Shown here: positions 51,185 through 60,989 of the stretch, one piece after another | Layout of the letters: every line of letters begins with the position of its first letter | Position numbering within the stretch: position 1 is the first letter of the stretch | DNA from: Candidatus Latescibacterota bacterium | GTDB taxonomy: Bacteria; Latescibacterota; UBA2968; UBA8231 | Direction: 5' to 3' | DNA: 63,973 nucleotides | NCBI GenBank assembly: GCA_965205655.1 | Contig: CBDBIJ010000137.1 | Location: 1 to 63,973 of the forward strand | Notes under the pieces: generated by a model | Database searches by the model: none | What the model saw: only the letters and a program-made list of their open reading frames with translations | What the model was told of the DNA's origin: nothing | Program-made: the position numbers and the translations under genes

Positions 51185-51718
51185 ATGCCCCTCGACATCC
51201 GGGAAACTCAGCGGGCCGCCGTCATCTGCGCAGTCATGGCAACTGGAGCGGAGGTCCTCGCCGATGCTGTGGAGCAGCTGCACCGAATGTTCGGAGGCGT
51301 GAAAGAGCGAAGTCCGTCCTACGATTTCGACTATTCATCTTATTACGAGGAGGAAATGGGAACCGGCTTGGTCAAGCAGCTCATCCGGTTCGAAGGCCTT
51401 GCTCCCCTCGACAAGCTCCCGGAAATCAAGCGGCGCACCATACAGCTGGAAACCGATCTCGCCACGGCGAAAGGCGGCGAGCCATGCCGCACGGCGAACA
51501 TCGATCCGGGAATGGTTAGCGCCCAGAGCCTCATCCTCGCCTCAACCAAATACAGCGGCCATCGCATCTGCATCGCGCCGGGGCTGTACGCCGAAGCAAC
51601 GCTGCTGTTCCAGCGCGGCGAATGCAGCCCCTTCGAATGGACCTACCCGGACTACCGGAGCAAGCTCGTGCAGGAGTTTCTGTTGAAAGTGCGGGAAGAA
51701 GTGCTGGAGGGTAGGTAG
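51185..51718 (+). CDS. DUF4416 family protein
   Basis: YYEEEMG, NIDPG, LASTK..HRI, WTYPDY. Confidence 0.85.
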   Translation: MPLDIRETQRAAVICAVMATGAEVLADAVEQLHRMFGGVKERSPSYDFDYSSYYEEEMGTGLVKQLIRFEGLAPLDKLPEIKRRTIQLETDLATAKGGEPCRTANIDPGMVSAQSLILASTKYSGHRICIAPGLYAEATLLFQRGECSPFEWTYPDYRSKLVQEFLLKVREEVLEGR

Positions 51719-51752
51719 CGACACGGAGATTGGTGTCGCAGGCGCTCGGATC

Positions 51753-52100
51753 TCAGATCTTCAGATACGCGACGAAAACACCGGCCGTAGCCACCAGGAC
51801 CCCGGCAACGGCAACCATCGTTGTTGTCAGGTGACGGAATCGTGTGTCCATTTTCTCCGCCAGCGCGTCGAGCTTGGTGTCCATCTTGAAATTCAGGCCG
51901 TCAATCCTCGTGTCCAGCGCGTCGAGCTTCGTGTCCATCTTGGAATTCAGGGCGTCAATCCTCGTGTCCAGCGCGTCGAACCTGGCATCGAACTTGGAAT
52001 CCAGTTTTCGCAGGTCAGTCTCGACGAGGTCGATACGGCGGTCCACCTGCGAGAGCACGTCGCGGGTGGTCAGTTCGGGAGAGGTTTGGTCGGCTGGCAT
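51753..52100 (-). CDS. coiled-coil repeat protein with C-terminal TM anchor (DUF1640-like)
   Basis: Heptad-type LDTRIDAL repeats and hydrophobic C-terminus. Confidence 0.7.
   Translation of the reverse strand: MPADQTSPELTTRDVLSQVDRRIDLVETDLRKLDSKFDARFDALDTRIDALNSKMDTKLDALDTRIDGLNFKMDTKLDALAEKMDTRFRHLTTTMVAVAGVLVATAGVFVAYLKI
51860..51979. repeat. 54-bp in-frame tandem repeat (about 2.2 copies)
   Basis: CCAGCGCGTCGA recurs at 51860, 51914 and 51968. Confidence 0.9.
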
Positions 52101-52266
52101 TGAAGACGAATCTCCGCCGGAGTTGGAGTTAATATACGCAGATCCGTATGCAATTTCCGACGTATGCAATTTCGAGGCCCGTCCACTCACCCAAGCAAGA
52201 ATCTACCGCATTGTGATCGCCTGTTTCGCTGTGGTGACACTTGTGTGAAGAAGTGGCTCCAGGCCG

Positions 52267-53151
52267 TCAATGTGCAGCTTTTCTTGCCAGACTGACTCTC
52301 GTCCACTTCTCAACCGGGTCGAAATCTGGACGCGAGGGACCGCCGCGACCCCCGGCAAAGCCACCACCTCGACCACTGCCGAATCCACCGGGACCGCCGA
52401 AACCGCCGCCTCCCCCCCGTCGACCGCCGAATTCTCCGCGGCTCTGCATGGCGTAACGGTCGAACTCGATCTCTCGAGTTCGGAAACCGATGGCGATGTC
52501 TCTACCGTCTTTGGCCGGCAATCGCGGCAGCGGGTCCGGGCCCCGGAGGGGGAACCGGGCCTCATAAACCAGTCGCCCGTCAGCGTAGGCAACCATGACG
52601 CGCACGTCGTTTTCTGATGACATGTTCAACGAACGGATCTTCTCTTCACCTTTGCCGAGCAGGATCGGTTGTTGCGAGCTGAGCAGGCGCTCGAAGGCCT
52701 CCTGGAGTTGATCGGGCCGTGAGAAGTCGTCACCCCGATCACCCTGGGACCGACCGCCGCCGAATCCACGACGCTGCCCCCGCCCCATGCCCCCGAATTC
52801 TCCGCGACCCTGACCCCGTCTCACGCCGGCCCTTCCGACGGGATAGCGGACACCCAGGATTCTGTCCCTGCCGCCGTTGGGATCGATCCACACTTCGAAC
52901 CCTCGCATGATGGCCTGCCGCTGGAGGGAGCGGTCGACGGTGCTCAGCGTCAAATAGAGGAAATCGGCATCATTGGCGACGCCGATGTCGACGGGCCAGT
53001 CCTCGACGTACAGCTTCAGATCCTGCCAGTCTGCGTCGTCGCCGTCCACGACGATGTCGCGGTCGGGCCAGCGGCTGTCGATTCTGAGGCCTCCGCAAGA
53101 GAGCAAACTGATCGAGAGAGCAGTGATGATGTAGGTTGCGATGCGCGTCAT
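52267..53151 (-). CDS. hypothetical lipoprotein with Gly/Arg-rich low-complexity loops
   Basis: LLSC lipobox; VDGDDADW; GGRRGGGGGFGG tracts. Confidence 0.7.
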   Translation of the reverse strand: MTRIATYIITALSISLLSCGGLRIDSRWPDRDIVVDGDDADWQDLKLYVEDWPVDIGVANDADFLYLTLSTVDRSLQRQAIMRGFEVWIDPNGGRDRILGVRYPVGRAGVRRGQGRGEFGGMGRGQRRGFGGGRSQGDRGDDFSRPDQLQEAFERLLSSQQPILLGKGEEKIRSLNMSSENDVRVMVAYADGRLVYEARFPLRGPDPLPRLPAKDGRDIAIGFRTREIEFDRYAMQSRGEFGGRRGGGGGFGGPGGFGSGRGGGFAGGRGGPSRPDFDPVEKWTRVSLARKAAH

Positions 53152-53271
53152 CGATAGCTCCTTACAGCGTCTCTCCTTAATCCCGCGAAGAAGTGCTGGT
53201 GACAGGCGTCCGAAAATTCGACACGCAGGGTGGGGGGTTCGTTTAGCCTGACGTCGGCGCCGAGCCGGCCG

Positions 53272-55320
53272 TCAATCCCTCACGGCGTAGCGCATCAGCC
53301 GGCCGTCCCACGCGGGCACGCAGAAGCCGTCTGCCAGCACGCAGGGAGCAGCCGTTATCGGCGCGCCGACGAACAGCTGCGCGGCGCACTCACCCGAGGC
53401 GGCGTCCAGGACATAGAGCACGCCGTCGTTGCCGCCGATCAGCGCGTAGCTTTCCCAGCAGGCAGGTGCGGCCATCAAGGTCGCGGCTGATCTCTGGTAC
53501 GGGTACGCATCCATCAGATCGGGCCCGGTCTCGTAGCGCCACACCTGCTCGCCCGTGTCGGCATCGATGCACTGGGCTCCGTCCGACTCGGTACTCAGCA
53601 GAATGCGGTCAGCGCAGACTGTCAGTCCCAAAACCACACCCTTTTCCGGCTCTATATGCCAGATCTCCTCGCCGGTATCCGCACGCAAGCACAAAAGCTG
53701 CCTCTCCTTGCCTGGCAGAATCACACGATCTCCGTCCACCAGCGCGGGGCTGGCTGCCGTGTAGTTGACGCTCTGCTCTTGGCGGCGCCAGACGATCTCC
53801 CCGGTGTCCCGTCGCAGCGCGATTGCCCCGCTCGTCTGAACGACGTTGATCAGCAGTTCGTCCGTGATTACCGGGACGGCGTAGCAGGTGTGTGAATCCG
53901 TCCTCTCCAGCTGCGTGTACCAGACCTGCTCGCCGGTTTCGACACGCCACGCTCCGTAGCCTCCGCGGGCGCCGCCGTAGACGTGGCCCCGGTCGATCAC
54001 CGGGGAGCCGAAGAGCCAGCGCTGCGGATACTGCGGCAGATCACAGCGCCAGCGAATCTGGCCGCTGTCGGCATCGAGCAGGAGCAGTTGTCCGGCGACG
54101 CCGAACACAGCGCAGTGACCATCCTCATCAACAGCGACCCGGTTCTTTACGGCGGCTTCGGTGGAGGTCTCCCACTGGCTCTGGCCGGTGGCGACGTCGA
54201 GGCATACGACGCCGGGACCACCGGTCAGATCCTCATCGCGCTGGCTCACGTAGATGCGGTCCCCGGCGACGACCGGGGATGCTCGGTGAAGGTTCCCTGC
54301 CAGCCCCGCGCTCCACACGAGATCGAGTCTGCGACTCCCGAGGCGCAAGGCGTCGGGCTCACACGGCTTCAGACGCCGCGACTGAGAGGCCCGCAAGCGG
54401 CTCGCGATCGTTTTGTTGGCGACATGCAGGACGCGGTAGCTGCTCGGCGATGTGTCGACGCCGCCAAAGCAGAATGGCGATGTGGCGAGTACGGCGGTCC
54501 CCTTGTAGCTGTATCCTTTGTTCGCATGCAGGTGCCCACAGAGGATCACGGCCACACCGAGTAGGTTCATGTCGGCGACGAACTCGTCCGATGGCGGCTG
54601 GTGGACGACGAGGACACTGACGCGGCCGGCAGGCTGTGCCTCCAGATCGGCCCGCAGCCAATCGGGACGGCGCTTGCGGTCGGCCTCGGAGAAGTAGGTA
54701 TTGAAGTCGGCGTAGAGGCAGACGTGGATGGGTCCCCAGTCGAAGCTGAAGTAGGCGGGGCCGATGACCTGGTTGAAGTTTGTGGTGTTCGTGATGTCCT
54801 TCCCGTCGGCATCGACGCGATTGGCTTCGCCGTCGTGGTTGCCGAACAGCGGGAAGATCGGCGTCTGGATGCCCTGGATCGCGAGCTGGTAGCTCTCGAA
54901 CTCAGCTATCGTGCCGCGGTTGGTCAGATCGCCGCCGTGAACGATGAACGCCGGCTCGGTCTGCTCGACCACGTCGTAGATGGCCTCCCGGTAGACTCCC
55001 GGCGGCGTCCTGTGCTCGCAAACGTGGGTGTCGGTGACGTGAACGAACCGGAAGGAGGAAACGCTGCGCTCCGGTGCCGGCGCGAGCTGGAAGTCGACGT
55101 CGCCATCGACGGTGGGGACCGGATTGTACCACGGGCCATCGGCGCGGTAGCCGGCCGGTTGCGATAGCCAGACGAAACGATGCACGCCAGCCTCGGCAGT
55201 GAGATGGTAAGACCCGTCCTGACCCGTCTTCCCGACCTGCTCGCCATTGGACACCAGCACTTCGGACAGACCGCGGCCAGTTTCCCTGCACGTCACCATG
55301 CCCTGAAGACGCACGCTCAT
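53272..55320 (-). CDS. calcineurin-like metallophosphoesterase fused to PQQ-like beta-propeller
   Basis: DTH, GGD, GNHD, GHLH; repeated D..TG...W blades. Confidence 0.88.
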   Translation of the reverse strand: MSVRLQGMVTCRETGRGLSEVLVSNGEQVGKTGQDGSYHLTAEAGVHRFVWLSQPAGYRADGPWYNPVPTVDGDVDFQLAPAPERSVSSFRFVHVTDTHVCEHRTPPGVYREAIYDVVEQTEPAFIVHGGDLTNRGTIAEFESYQLAIQGIQTPIFPLFGNHDGEANRVDADGKDITNTTNFNQVIGPAYFSFDWGPIHVCLYADFNTYFSEADRKRRPDWLRADLEAQPAGRVSVLVVHQPPSDEFVADMNLLGVAVILCGHLHANKGYSYKGTAVLATSPFCFGGVDTSPSSYRVLHVANKTIASRLRASQSRRLKPCEPDALRLGSRRLDLVWSAGLAGNLHRASPVVAGDRIYVSQRDEDLTGGPGVVCLDVATGQSQWETSTEAAVKNRVAVDEDGHCAVFGVAGQLLLLDADSGQIRWRCDLPQYPQRWLFGSPVIDRGHVYGGARGGYGAWRVETGEQVWYTQLERTDSHTCYAVPVITDELLINVVQTSGAIALRRDTGEIVWRRQEQSVNYTAASPALVDGDRVILPGKERQLLCLRADTGEEIWHIEPEKGVVLGLTVCADRILLSTESDGAQCIDADTGEQVWRYETGPDLMDAYPYQRSAATLMAAPACWESYALIGGNDGVLYVLDAASGECAAQLFVGAPITAAPCVLADGFCVPAWDGRLMRYAVRD

Positions 55321-55329
55321 CCCCTCACT

Positions 55330-56196
55330 TCACCTTTCCCTTTTTCCCCTTTCCGATCTCCTCTCACCCCCTGGTTGTTTCAGATTGAGGTAGTCAATTG
55401 AATCGTCTGTGAATCCTACACTATGATTCAGACCACAATCGTCCGGAAAGGCGTCTTCACAACCGGCGTTGAACATCAAGCGCGAACCATACCGGAGCCA
55501 GTGGATAATGTGAACCATCGCAATCATGTGTCGTGGATGATCCGAATGATTGGGCACCCCACGATGCCAGAGTCGCACATCCCGGATAAGCGCGCTTCCC
55601 TTTTTGGCGCACGCCCTTATGGGCGGCGAGGCCTGCCGCTGCGCCCGTTCCATGTCTCTGCCAAACTGTTTTTTCGGGGAGGTGTGCAGATGCGTGCCCG
55701 GCCACAACTCCACCGCTCCATTCTCCTCCGTCGTGTCGAGTGGAGAGATATTCACCACTACGCTTGCGGTCGGGTGAGCTGGCTCGTTACCAGGCCATAG
55801 AACGGAGCCGTCGCGGTGCAACGGCTGGGTCTGACTGCCGGGACAATTGGTATTCCCCGTGTAGAGGCCGTTGGAGATGCCCCCGCCGAGGAGTGCCGTG
55901 TTGACCTGAATGACGAACGGATTGGCTACGATTTCGGGAAAAACAAAGGGAGCAAACGGCGGTGGCGCCTGTTGGAGATGTCCTTTGAGATGCCCTGCGC
56001 CGCCCCACTTCTTCAAGTCGATCATGACCTGCGAATCTTCATTCATTTTCTCCCTGAGAATATCGAGGGGCTCATGCGGCACCACGTTCTCGATGACCAC
56101 GAAACCATCGCGTCTGATTGCCTCCACCGCCTGATTGACGTGTCTGCCACTCATACGCCGTGAAGTCTGCTCTCGCCTGGTAATCGTGATAGCCAT
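55330..56196 (-). CDS. phytanoyl-CoA dioxygenase (PhyH) family
   Basis: QPLHRD, NGAVELWPGTH, WHRG..N. Confidence 0.9.
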   Translation of the reverse strand: MAITITRREQTSRRMSGRHVNQAVEAIRRDGFVVIENVVPHEPLDILREKMNEDSQVMIDLKKWGGAGHLKGHLQQAPPPFAPFVFPEIVANPFVIQVNTALLGGGISNGLYTGNTNCPGSQTQPLHRDGSVLWPGNEPAHPTASVVVNISPLDTTEENGAVELWPGTHLHTSPKKQFGRDMERAQRQASPPIRACAKKGSALIRDVRLWHRGVPNHSDHPRHMIAMVHIIHWLRYGSRLMFNAGCEDAFPDDCGLNHSVGFTDDSIDYLNLKQPGGERRSERGKRER

Positions 56197-56209
56197 CGAT
56201 ACGTCCTGG

Positions 56210-56530
56210 TCAATCGGCCGTGAACATGCCGAAGGCGAAGGCCTCGGTCAGGCTCTCGAAGATGATCTCACCTTCCTCGTTGGTCTCCAGGAGCTTGGCC
56301 ATGTACTCGAACCATTTCTCCATGATCGGTACTTGGGTGCTCTTGTTCCAGGCCTCCTCGGTGGGGGCGACGCCGTGTAGGATGAGGTTTTCGCCGAAGC
56401 GGTAGATGGCCATGCTCACATCGTTGTCGCTCATTCCTGTGGCGACTTCGGGCCAGAGGTCGTCGTGGGCCTTTTTGTACTCGGCGTAGGCTCCGGGGCG
56501 GAGCGTCGTGGCCAGACCGATCGAATACAT
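56210..56530 (-). CDS. L-rhamnose mutarotase family
   Basis: EYKKAHDDLWPE; W..YM. Confidence 0.85.
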   Translation of the reverse strand: MYSIGLATTLRPGAYAEYKKAHDDLWPEVATGMSDNDVSMAIYRFGENLILHGVAPTEEAWNKSTQVPIMEKWFEYMAKLLETNEEGEIIFESLTEAFAFGMFTAD

Positions 56531-56887
56531 GGGGCAGTCTCCTCGATGGGGTTGGTTGCGCCTCGTCGCACACGAGGGCTCTCAAGCAGGCCTTCGCTGC
56601 CTTGGCCGCTCTGCTGCTGCTTCCTCATGTGATTGTCCTTGACCGGAAAGCTGATAGCACACTTTATCCGTTGCAGACATCGGACGCAAGTACCCTGAAC
56701 GGGGATCGACAGGCTCATCAGCCATCCCGGAATCATGCCGCTGGCGGATCGCGTTTCCGGCCCTTGACCGATGACGTCGGCCATTGCGAGATTCCTGCTC
56801 TGCTTTCTATGATAAGAGCCGGCGAAGAGTTTCGAAGCGCGCATCATCAGCGTCACCCACGGGCATGGATAGGATGGAATAGCTAGC

Positions 56888-57474
56888 ATGAAGCGCATTG
56901 TCTGCATCGGCGATTCAATTCACGGTGGATATGTTTCGACAGTGATCGGTGAACTCGCGGGTTGGGGCGAGGTTGTGGGCATCGGTGGCGCGCAGGGGGG
57001 CACACTCGAAACGTTCTCGAGCACCTGCGCGAATGGGCAATCGATCCCGATCCCGATATCGTGCACATCAACGCCGGTTTGCACGACATGGCTCGTGATG
57101 GCGGGCCGGGTCCGGAGCACAGGGTGTCCCTGGAGGAGTACGGCGCCAACCTGAAGCAGATCTTCTCGATTCTTCGCAGCGAGACGAAAGCCCGGGTGCT
57201 TTTCGCGTTGACGACTCCGGTAGATCTTGCCCGTCAGCGTGCTGTCGATTACGAGTGCGAAAGGACTGAAGATGATGTAAGTGCCTACAACGCGGCCGCT
57301 CGTGCCGTTGCGGCGAAGAGCGACATCCCCTTCGTCGACCTCTACCAGGTGATCGCGGACCAAGGTGTCGCGGAGATGTTGGGGGAGGACGGCGTTCATT
57401 TCACGGAAGACGGCTCGCAGATCCTCGGCAAGGCGGTGGCCGACTTCATAAAGACCGAAGGAGAGAGAGCGTGA
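56888..57474 (+). CDS. SGNH/GDSL hydrolase, frameshifted near the 5' end
   Basis: GDSI block I; NAGLHD; DGVHF. Confidence 0.85.
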
Positions 57475-58490
57475 GAATTGGAGCCTTTCTACACGGCGCT
57501 GGCGACGATTTTCTTCATTTCTTGCAGCAGTACGGCGTTTCTGATGTAATCTGTGGTTTTTACACCATGCCCGACTACACCCGCAAGTTTCCGCCGGACG
57601 CCGGGGACAGGCCTGGGTGCCACTGGGACTATCTGGAGCTAGTGCAGCTGCGCGAGCGCGTCGAGGCTTTTGGTCTGACGCTGGCGAGCATGGAGAACCC
57701 CCACCCTAGCTGGTGTTTCGATCACATAATGCTGGGTCTGCCGGGACGGGACCAGCAACTCGAGAATCTATCCGTCACGATTCGCAACATGGGGCGCGCC
57801 GGCATCCCGTATTACGGATACAACTGGATGGTCAACCCTGCCCGGCTGTGGCGCTTTTCCACACGCACCTCAACCAACTATCCGGCCAGAGGCGGTGCTC
57901 ACAGCGACCTTCTCGACATGGCGGAGGTAGACAAGGCACCGCTGTTTCGCGACCGGGAGTACGGCGCCGAGGAGATGTGGGAGAACTACGAATATTTCGT
58001 GCGCGCCATCGTGCCGGTCCTGGAGGAATCCGGCGTGCGCATGGGACTTCATCCCGACGACCCACCGACACCGAGGGTCGGAGGCATAGCGCGGATCTTC
58101 CACAGCCCTCAAGGGTACCAGCGCGCCATGGACCTGGCCGCTAGCCCGGCAAGCGCGGTGAACTTCTGTCTGGGCAACTGGACCGCCATGGGGACTGATA
58201 TCCCGGCGTCGATCCGGCAGTTCGGCGAGCGCGACCAGATCCTCTACGGACACGCCCAGGGCGTCCAGGGAACGGTGCCCCGGTTCAACGAATGTTTTCT
58301 CGACGAGGCCGACTGCGATTTCTTCGAAGTCGTACGCACCTTCGACGAGATCGGCGTAGACACCTTCCTCGCGGTGGCCCACCTGCCCCGCACTGTGACC
58401 GACGCCGGTCCCCAGTTTCAGGGTCACGCCTTTGCCATCGGATTCATGGCTGGTATCATCAAGGCGGCAAGAAACGGCAAAGGCAGCTAG
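57471..58490 (+). CDS. mannonate dehydratase (UxuA) family, divergent
   Basis: YNWM, HPDDPP, FC.G. Confidence 0.85.
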   Translation: MRIGAFLHGAGDDFLHFLQQYGVSDVICGFYTMPDYTRKFPPDAGDRPGCHWDYLELVQLRERVEAFGLTLASMENPHPSWCFDHIMLGLPGRDQQLENLSVTIRNMGRAGIPYYGYNWMVNPARLWRFSTRTSTNYPARGGAHSDLLDMAEVDKAPLFRDREYGAEEMWENYEYFVRAIVPVLEESGVRMGLHPDDPPTPRVGGIARIFHSPQGYQRAMDLAASPASAVNFCLGNWTAMGTDIPASIRQFGERDQILYGHAQGVQGTVPRFNECFLDEADCDFFEVVRTFDEIGVDTFLAVAHLPRTVTDAGPQFQGHAFAIGFMAGIIKAARNGKGS

Positions 58491-58535
58491 GCCGCCGCGG
58501 CCAACACGAACGACGCCACCCATCGGAGATTAGTC

Positions 58536-60031
58536 ATGATCGTGGAAAACGGGGGTCCCCCACCGACCTGGACGAAGCGGTCCTCTTTCCCTTCGACAGT
58601 CGCACCATTCCCCTGCGGTATCTGCTGCAGCCAGGTCTGGTCCCGGCGACCAATCCGTACAAACCGCATCCTGTGGTGCTCGAGCCGGGCGGCCCCGAAG
58701 CGCCCGATCATCTGCATGTAAAATTCTATGGCACCGTCATCCGCATCGGCGACGAGCTGCGCATGTGGTATATCGGCACCGGCGAGGAGAACGGAGAGGA
58801 GCGGGGACCGCACATCTGCTATGCCGTCAGCCAGGATGGAATTCACTGGGAGAAGCCCGAGCTTGGCCTGGTGGAATTCAATGGCAATACCCGAAACAAC
58901 CTGGTGGAGTTCGACAGTCCCCATCGCGAAGCGATCGGCGCCCTGCTCGTTCTATACGAGCCGGAAGACCCCGATCCCGGCCGCCGCTTCAAACTGATCA
59001 ACGAGGTCCACCCATTCCTCAACATCGCCGGCTACAGCCCTGACGGGTTGAGCTGGGTTGAGTCTCCCAACAACCCGATCCTCAAACACAACGCCATCGA
59101 GCCGGGCGGCCTGATGAAATTCAATGGCTGCTACTACATGACCGGCCAGGGCGGAAACGTCGGATCCAAGCGGGCGCTCGTGACCTACATGTCCTACGAC
59201 TTCGACCACTGGACCGATGCGGTGGCCGTCGGCTTGCGGCGCGATGTACCTCCCTACAAACAGCTGCCGGGCTGCCATGCGGGTGAGCAGGTTCATTTGG
59301 GAGCGAGCCTGTGGAACAGAGGCAACGTGGTGATCGGTTTTTACGGAGCCTGGCATGGGGAAAGCAACGACCGCTCCTTCGTCTCCATGGATCTGGGGCT
59401 CGTGGTCAGCAACGACGGCCTGCAGTTCGTGGAACCGATACCCGACTTCCACATCGTTGATGCCTATGAGGTCGACCGTCGAACGCCGGCGCGCCCCCTA
59501 CCCTGCCTCGAGCAGGGGCAGGGTTTCGAAAATATCGGTGACGAGACCTTGATCTGGTATGCGCCGTGGCACGGCGGATTCATCTGCGTGGCTCGCTGGC
59601 CGCGGGACCGGCTCGGATATTTCGAGGTGGTCGCCGATCCCAAACCGCGGCTGCTGATGGCGGAAGATACCCACACCCTATTCTGGCGCGAACACGTCGG
59701 AGAGATGGTGCCGCTGAAGACGGAACCGCACTTCATCACCTGCCCCGTTCGCTTGGGCGGCAAGGCGGCGCGCGTGTTTTTGAACGCCGACGGGTTGTCA
59801 GACGAAGCGCAGCTCCGAGTGGAACTCGTCGATCTGAAGTTTGTGCAGATCGACGGCTATTCGGGAGCTGATTGCGTGCCCGTGACGGAATCCGGGTTGC
59901 GTCGTGAAGTGGTGTGGAGAAACGCAGACCGGCTGCACGATCTGGACGGACCAGTCCGCCTCAAGGTCAGCTGGGAAGGACGCCGGTTAGAGGACGCCCA
60001 TTTCTACGCCGCTTACCTGGAGACGGCCTGA
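58536..60031 (+). CDS. hypothetical glycoside hydrolase-like beta-propeller protein (indel near start)
   Basis: MWY, YAVSQDGIHWEKP, SPDGLSW, SYDFDHW, SNDG (Asp-box-like) motifs. Confidence 0.65.
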
Positions 60032-60121
60032 TCTCGTGTCGCGATCGAGCTGAAGGGCATTGCCTGCAAAGCTGAATGAGCTGTACGGTCACTCACTCGA
60101 CATGAAAGTTCGAGCCGCATA

Positions 60122-60952
60122 ATGACAGCGCCCCATGCGTGGACGCCCGCCGAGGGCAGTGTAGCAGACATATTGAAGAAGCATCCGCGGCCTCTCGATG
60201 CGCTGGCAGCGGGTGAAACCCCCGGTATTGTCCTGCGCCAGGCGTTCGATCCCGATCACTGTGCGGGCCTCGTGAACCGTCTCTACGAACGCGGCCTGGC
60301 ACACGACCAACGTCAGGACGGGGACGGAGGGGGACCCGTGTATGTCGGTCCTCATTTAGCGGGGCACAGTGCTGACCCCGAAAAATTCTTCGCCGATGCG
60401 GCCGACACCCACGAACTTTTCAAGACATTATTCGATGGATACGATGATCCGGTGAAGACGTTCTACGAGAGATTGTCAGGTCTGGCGCCGGACAAGAAGG
60501 TGATGACCGCCCGCGAGCCGGATGGACGGCTCTACGGACCGGCCGTCTTCCGCACCTACCATGCCGGCACGGGACACGGACCCCACTTCGACTCCGTCGT
60601 CAAGCGGCAGAGGTTGTTCAATTTTGAGGTGTCGAGGTTCCAGCATCAGTTTGCCGGAGTGATGTGCTTCCAGAACTCCGTGGAGGGAGGCGAGAGTGGG
60701 GAACCCTTCCTCTACAACTGCCCCTGGACACCCGTCGTGCAGGAGTATATCACCGCCGGCACGTTCAGGCAGTACGCTGCCGGGCGAGGCATCCCCCGGA
60801 TTCAGATCCAGCTCGAGCCTGGCGACCTTTACTTTTTCTTTTCCGAAAACATTCATGAAGTACCTCCGGTGGCAGGCGCAAGGGCGCGTATTGTGCTGGC
60901 GGCTTTCGTCGGCATGTCCCCGGACGATGAGGAGATTTACGTCTGGTCGTGA
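60122..60952 (+). CDS. 2OG-Fe(II) oxygenase superfamily protein
   Basis: HFD...PGDLYFF...H.V...R facial triad pattern. Confidence 0.75.
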   Translation: MTAPHAWTPAEGSVADILKKHPRPLDALAAGETPGIVLRQAFDPDHCAGLVNRLYERGLAHDQRQDGDGGGPVYVGPHLAGHSADPEKFFADAADTHELFKTLFDGYDDPVKTFYERLSGLAPDKKVMTAREPDGRLYGPAVFRTYHAGTGHGPHFDSVVKRQRLFNFEVSRFQHQFAGVMCFQNSVEGGESGEPFLYNCPWTPVVQEYITAGTFRQYAAGRGIPRIQIQLEPGDLYFFFSENIHEVPPVAGARARIVLAAFVGMSPDDEEIYVWS

Positions 60953-60989
60953 TAATGCGGCCGTCAAACCTGCCACTGAGGAAACAAGA

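Noticed and set aside
56602..56886. 94-aa ORF between the divergent operons
   Set aside because: No RBS or recognisable motif; more likely promoter region or decayed DNA.
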